From NCBI GenBank assembly GCA_963780305.1, contig CAWABN010000016.1, forward strand, positions 15,585 through 79,584: a stretch of 64,000 nucleotides of DNA. The letters are read 5' to 3'. Below the pieces are notes generated by a model that had not been told where the DNA came from, ran no database searches, and saw only the letters and a program-made list of their open reading frames with translations. The stretch is from an uncultured Solirubrobacterales bacterium. GTDB taxonomy: Bacteria > Actinomycetota > Thermoleophilia > Solirubrobacterales > 70-9. The translations under genes and the position numbers were made by a program. Of this stretch, positions 59,696 through 64,000 are shown in pieces; the stretch's first letter is position 1, and each line of letters opens with the position of its first letter.

Positions 59696-60237
59696 AAGGA
59701 CGCGCACGGGGCGTCGAAGGCAGGTCGTCCACCGCCTCCTCGCAAGCGCGGGCGTAGAACCCGTAGAGGAAGCAGCGCTTCGCCTCTGCTGGCGTTAGAT
59801 CTCCCCCGATCGGCGGCTCGCCGTTCGTGTCCTGGTGCGCGAGCTCGTCGGCCGCCGCCAGCGCCAGGAAGTGGCGAACGTGGCCGCCGGGACCGGGGAC
59901 GCGCCAGCTTCCCTCCGGCGGATCCGGTTTCCCGTCGGGCTCCTCCGCAGCGAGCTCCCGGGATAGCCCGGCGATCGCTTCTGCTCGGCGCCCGCCGGAG
60001 CCGATGCGCTCCTCGAGCATCTCGCCGAGCCACGGCATCGGCTGCCGCGCGGGCTCGAACAGCTCGGTCTCGGCGAGGCGGCTGGCGTAGCCGAGCCGGG
60101 CGAGCTCGCGAGGGTCGGGGCCGGCCTCCAGCACCTGCTTCGAGATCCGCTGAGAGCTCAGCCGAGCGCAGCTCCAGCGCGCGACCGAGGACCCGGGAGA
60201 CGAGCTGCTCGAGAACCAGCTCGGTCCTCACCTTCAT
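59685..60237 (-). CDS. Hypothetical protein, last gene of the hyp-associated minus-strand cluster (one frameshift near 60140)
   Basis: ATG at 60237 gives MKVRTELVLEQLVSRVLGRALEL.., continuing in ORF 59685..60134 (..PMPWLGEMLEERIG..). No domain recognised. Confidence 0.5.
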
Positions 60238-60288
60238 CACCCGCGGCCCTTCGCCGCCGGGTCGCTTGCCCCGTGGCCTCGGCGGATG

Positions 60289-60519
60289 TCACTCGCGCGC
60301 CTTGTGGGAGACCACGTGGTTGATCCGGTTGCAGCCCGGGCAGATCCCGGCGAAGGACTCGCCCGAGAGCATTTCCTCCACCCGCTTGGGGAGCGGCGGC
60401 GTCTCCCTGCCCTCGGCCCTGGCCTGCTCGGCCAGAGTCTCGTAGCGGGGCTCGTGCTCGTGCTCCTCATATCCGATCGGCGTCCCGCACCAAGGGCAGA
60501 ACTGTGGCCGCTCCGCCAA
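60289..60519 (-). CDS. Small four-cysteine zinc-ribbon protein (hypothetical)
   Basis: TTG at 60519, 3 nt after the hypE stop. 76 aa, intact, with CPWC..(48 aa)..CPGC. Confidence 0.6.
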   Translation of the reverse strand: MAERPQFCPWCGTPIGYEEHEHEPRYETLAEQARAEGRETPPLPKRVEEMLSGESFAGICPGCNRINHVVSHKARE

Positions 60520-60522
60520 CGC

Positions 60523-61624
60523 TCAGCAGATCCTCGGCAGCGGATCGCCGGCGAGCATGTCGACGACGCGGCGAGCCGCCGAATGAGGTCTCGAGCAGCA
60601 CCAAGCCGGGTGGCTCGGGCCGGACCTCGGCGACCGCTACCGCATCGGCCCCGAGCGGATGTGAGCGCAGGGCGGCCAGAGCGTCCTCCTCGGCCTCGGG
60701 CGCGACCACCGCGACGAGCTTGCCCTCGTTGGCGACGTAGAGGGGATCGATCCCGAGGATCTCGCAGGCGCCGTTGACCTCGGGGCGGATCGGGAGCGAG
60801 GCCTCGTCGATCGTGATCCCGAGCTCGGCGGACGAGGGCCAGCTCGGTGAGCACGGTGGCGAGGCCGCCGCGGGTCGGGTCGCGCAGGCAGCGGACGCCG
60901 TCGGTCGCGTCGAGCAGCGTCGCGACCAGGCCGTTGAGCGGCGCCGTGTCCGACTCGAGGTCGACCTCGAGCGCCAGCTCGCCGCGGGCGATCATGATCG
61001 CCATGCCGTGGTCGCCGATCGGGCCGGAGACGAGCACCCGGTCGCCGGCGCTGGATCGAGCCGGGGCCGAGCTCGAGGTCGTGCTCGATCGCGCCGACGC
61101 CGGAGGTGTTGATGTAGAGCCCGTCGGCCTTGCCGCGCTCCACGACCTTGGTGTCGCCGGTGGCGATCTGGACGCCGGCGGCCTCGGCCGCCCTCGCCAT
61201 CGAGGCGACGATCCGCTCGAGGTCGGCGACCGGCAGGCCCTCCTCGACGATGAACCCGGCGGAGAGGGCGATGGGGCGCGCTCCCGCCATCGCCAGGTCG
61301 TTGACCGTGCCGTTGACCGCCAGCTCGCCGATGTCGCCGCCGGGGAAGAACAGCGGGCGAACGACGAAGGAGTCGGTGGTGAAGGCGAGGCGGCCGGCGC
61401 CGTCGGTCGAGCACGGCGCTGTCGGTGAGCGGCTCCAGCAGCGGGTTGCGAAGCTCGCGCAGGAAGAGCGCCTCGACCAGGTCGTGGCTCGACTTGCCGC
61501 CGGCGCCGTGGGAGAGGGTGATCTGCTCGTCGAGGACCTTGCGCCGGGGACGGCGCCGGCGCGCCTCGATCGCGTCGAGCACCTCCTCCTCGGAGCGGGC
61601 GGCTCCGGAGCCGTTCTTCTCCAT
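60523..61624 (-). pseudogene. hypE: Hydrogenase maturation protein HypE, frame-broken (at least 5 changes)
   Basis: [75 protein letters not shown] and the C-terminal ..DPLPRIC. Confidence 0.85.
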
Positions 61625-62764
61625 CAGGACCCCGCCGGCGCGGGCTCGCGGCGGCGGCGGCCCGCGTGGCGGCCGTAGTTGTAATAGGCGGCGCAGGCGC
61701 CCTCGCTGGAGACCATGCAGGTGCCGATCGGGTGGTCGGGCGTGCAGGCGGTGCCGAACACCTTGCACTCCCAGGGCTTGATCACGCCCTTCAGCACCTC
61801 GCCGCACTGGCAGGCCTTCGGGTCGGCGACGCGGACCCCGGGAATCTCGTAGCGGACCTCGGCATCCCAGTCCGCGAACTCGGGCCGCAGCTTCAGCGCG
61901 CTCTGCGAGATGAAGCCGAGCCCGCGCCACTCGAAGGTGGTCCGCAGCTCCATCGTCTCGGCGATCGCCCGCGAGCGCCAGCGGGTTTCCCTCCTCGCGG
62001 ACCACGCGGCTGTACTGGTTCTCGACCTCGCGAGCGGCCCTCGCGAGCTGGCGCAGGATCATGTAGACGCCCTGGAGGACGTCGAGCGGCTCGAAGCCGG
62101 AGACGACCACCGGCTTGCCGTAGTCGCCGGCGATGAAGCGGTAGGGCCGCAGGCCGATCACGGTGGAGACGTGGCCGGGGCCGATGAAGCCGTCGAGCCG
62201 CAGGTCCGGCGAGTCGAGGATCGCCCGGATCGCCGGGATGATCGTCACGTGGTTGCAGAACAGCGGAGAAGTTCCCGATCCCCTCGGCGCGCGCCCGCTT
62301 CAGGGTGAGCGCGGTCGACGGCGTGGTGGTCTCGAAGCCGATCGCGAAGAAGACCACCTCGCGGTCGGGATTCTCGCGGGCGATCTTGAGCGCGTCGAGC
62401 GGCGAGTAGACCATCCGCACGTCGGCGCCGCGCGCCTTGGCGTCGAGCAGCGAGCCGCTCGCTCGCCGGCACGCGCATCATGTCGCCGAAGGTGGTGAAG
62501 ATCACCTCGGGCGCGCTCGGCGATCGCGATCGCATCGTCCTGGCGGCCCATCGGGATCACGCAGACCGGGCAGCCCGGGGCCGTGGACGAGCTCGATCTC
62601 GTCGGGCAGCAGGTCCTCGACGCCGTGCTTGTAGATCGCGTGGGTGTGACCCGCCGCAGACCTCCATGAACTTGTAGGTGCGGCCGGGTTCGACCAGCGC
62701 GGCGATCTTCTCGGCGAGGCTCTTGGCGAGATCGCCGGAGCGGTACTCGTCGACGAACCGCATG
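61624..62764 (-). pseudogene. hypD: Hydrogenase maturation protein HypD, frame-broken (at least 5 changes)
   Basis: MRFVDEYR.., [41 protein letters not shown] and the C-terminal GTCMVSSEGACAAYYNYGR. Confidence 0.85.
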
Positions 62765-62795
62765 CCGCCGTTTCCCGTCGTGGCCCCGGTCGCGG

Positions 62796-63443
62796 TCACG
62801 ACCGGTCCCCGATCGCATCGAGCAGCAGGTGGTAGATGGTCGCCTGGGCCTCCTGGATCCGCGGGATGTAGTCGCTGGGAACGACGAAGAGGTGGTCGAG
62901 CCAACCGAGCTCGGCCATCTGCCCGCCGTCGTAGCCGGCGATGCCGACGGTGAGCATGTGCCTGCGGCGAGCCTCCTCGAGGCCGACGATCAGGTTGTCC
63001 GAGTTGCCGCTGGTCGAGATCGCGACCGCGACGTCGTGGGCCCGACCGAGCGGGATCAGCTGCCGCGAGAAGGCCTTGTCGAAGCCGACGTCGTTGCCGA
63101 CCGCCGTCACCGTCGCCACGTCGTTGGTGAGGCGAGGCCGCGGGCCAGCCGCGCGCGAGCGCGTCGGTGGCGAGGTCCTGGGCGTCGGTGGAGGAGCCGC
63201 CGTTGCCGAAGGCGATCAGGTGTCCGCCGTGCTCCAGGCGCTCGCGGACCTCCGTCGGCGCAGCGCGCGATCGCGTCGGCGTCGATCGCGGAGCGGAGCT
63301 GCGATCACGTCCTCGGCCTTGCGCCGCGTGGAGGCCTCGACGTCGGCCAGGACCGAATCGAGATCCGTCTCCTCGCGCTCGAGGAAGGGATAGAGGAAGC
63401 CGGTCGGGTCCTCGCCGCCGTTCGCGCCGCTGCCGCCGGGCAT
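62796..63443 (-). pseudogene. SIS (GmhA/phosphoheptose-isomerase-like) domain protein, frame-broken
   Basis: ATG at 63443. GFLYPFLE.., LIAFGNGGSSTDAQDLA, VAISTSGNSDN, TVGIAGYDGG and IPRIQEAQATIYHLLLDAI. Confidence 0.75.
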
Positions 63444-64000
63444 GTCTCCTGCCGGCGTCGCGACACCTTCTCGAGCGCGACCCCGGCATGGCAGAGCAGC
63501 ACGATCGCCGATCTCGACCCCCTCGACCAGGTCGATCGCGACGTCCTCGCGGGCGCCGTCCTTCTCGATCGTCGCGTTGCCGTTGCCCGAGCGCCGACGA
63601 CCCGTCGCCTGGACGGCGACGTCGCCGCAGGTGATGCAGGCGTCGTCGAGCAGCCCCGGATGCTCGAAGAAGACGTGGACCAGCTCCCAGAGCACGTGGT
63701 AGGCGGTCTCCTGGGCCTCCTGCACGATCGCCGGATCGTCGCTGGGGACGGCGAAGGCGTGCTCGGCGTCGGCCGCCGGGGCCGCCCGATCCGCGTCATC
63801 GCGATCGTCAGCAGGCCTCGGCGGCGGGCCTCGACGAGGAACTCGCGGTGGGCGAGTCCGGATCGCCGTGCGAGATCGCCAGCGCGATGTCGTCGGGGCG
63901 GGCGAGGCGGGCGAGACGTCGAGGCGCCGGTCGGGTCGTTGGTCGGCGCGATCGCCGGGAGGGCACGCTTGCCGACGATCACCGGGTGCATGAACTCGAC
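63444..64000 (-). pseudogene. Second SIS domain followed by a HupF/HypC-like segment. Its 5' end is outside the window and it is frame-broken.
   Basis: VEFMHPVIVGKRALPAIA.., IVQEAQETAYHVLWELVHVFFEHPGLL, then ACITCGDVAVQA..DGAREDVAIDLVEGVEIGDR..LLCHAGVALEKV. No stop codon in any frame before the next SIS gene. Confidence 0.65.

Overview
This is 64 kb of very GC-rich DNA. Hand counts over a few 60-nt stretches give about 73% GC in typical coding sequence. The gene content fits a high-GC Gram-positive (Actinomycetota-like) chromosome. A deep lineage such as Thermoleophilia or Rubrobacteria is possible, but that is inference only.

The window is densely coding and mostly housekeeping. From left to right it holds:
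- a DUF4331/TPR envelope operon
- radA-disA-carD-ispD
- a six-gene Mrp-type cation/H+ antiporter operon in the order E-F-G-B-C-D
- a PHP histidinol phosphatase, ispF and an acyl-CoA ligase
- a lipid-related operon (SCP2-hydrolase, acyltransferase, SRPBCC)
- cysS-rlmB, then FMN reductase-YceI with a divergent MarR
- a Bacillus-type SigH sigma factor and tRNA-Thr(UGU)
- an Fe-ADH, and plsC-gpsA with no stop codon between them
- two ECF sigma/anti-sigma pairs, a rhomboid protease, a lytic transglycosylase and a CNNM/CorC transporter
- beta-oxidation genes (hbd, thiolase, acyl-CoA dehydrogenase) and an M23 peptidase
- lysA-hom-thrC, three inserted genes, then thrB
- an FG-GAP surface protein
- the distal part of a [NiFe]-hydrogenase maturation cluster (SIS/HupF-like, hypD, hypE)

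I saw no rRNA, CRISPR array, transposase, integrase or phage genes.

The most striking property is that about 40 recognisable genes can only be read by changing frame, roughly 80-90 changes in all. The changes cluster in patches, and where I could resolve them they are 1-nt changes in short homopolymers. This most likely reflects patchy sequence quality rather than biology.

I do not see a convincing, clear-cut new multi-gene system. The best candidates for follow-up are:
- the hydrogenase-maturation tail with its unnamed zinc-ribbon and 180-aa genes
- a pair of paralogous Gly-rich membrane proteins behind the M23 peptidase
- a 153-nt nested hairpin between lysA and hom
- a shared palindromic operator upstream of beta-oxidation genes
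- a two-copy intergenic hairpin repeat with a compensatory base change
- a lower-GC PD-(D/E)XK nuclease gene whose 3' end overlaps the tRNA

All family assignments come from reading motifs by eye. No database search was run.
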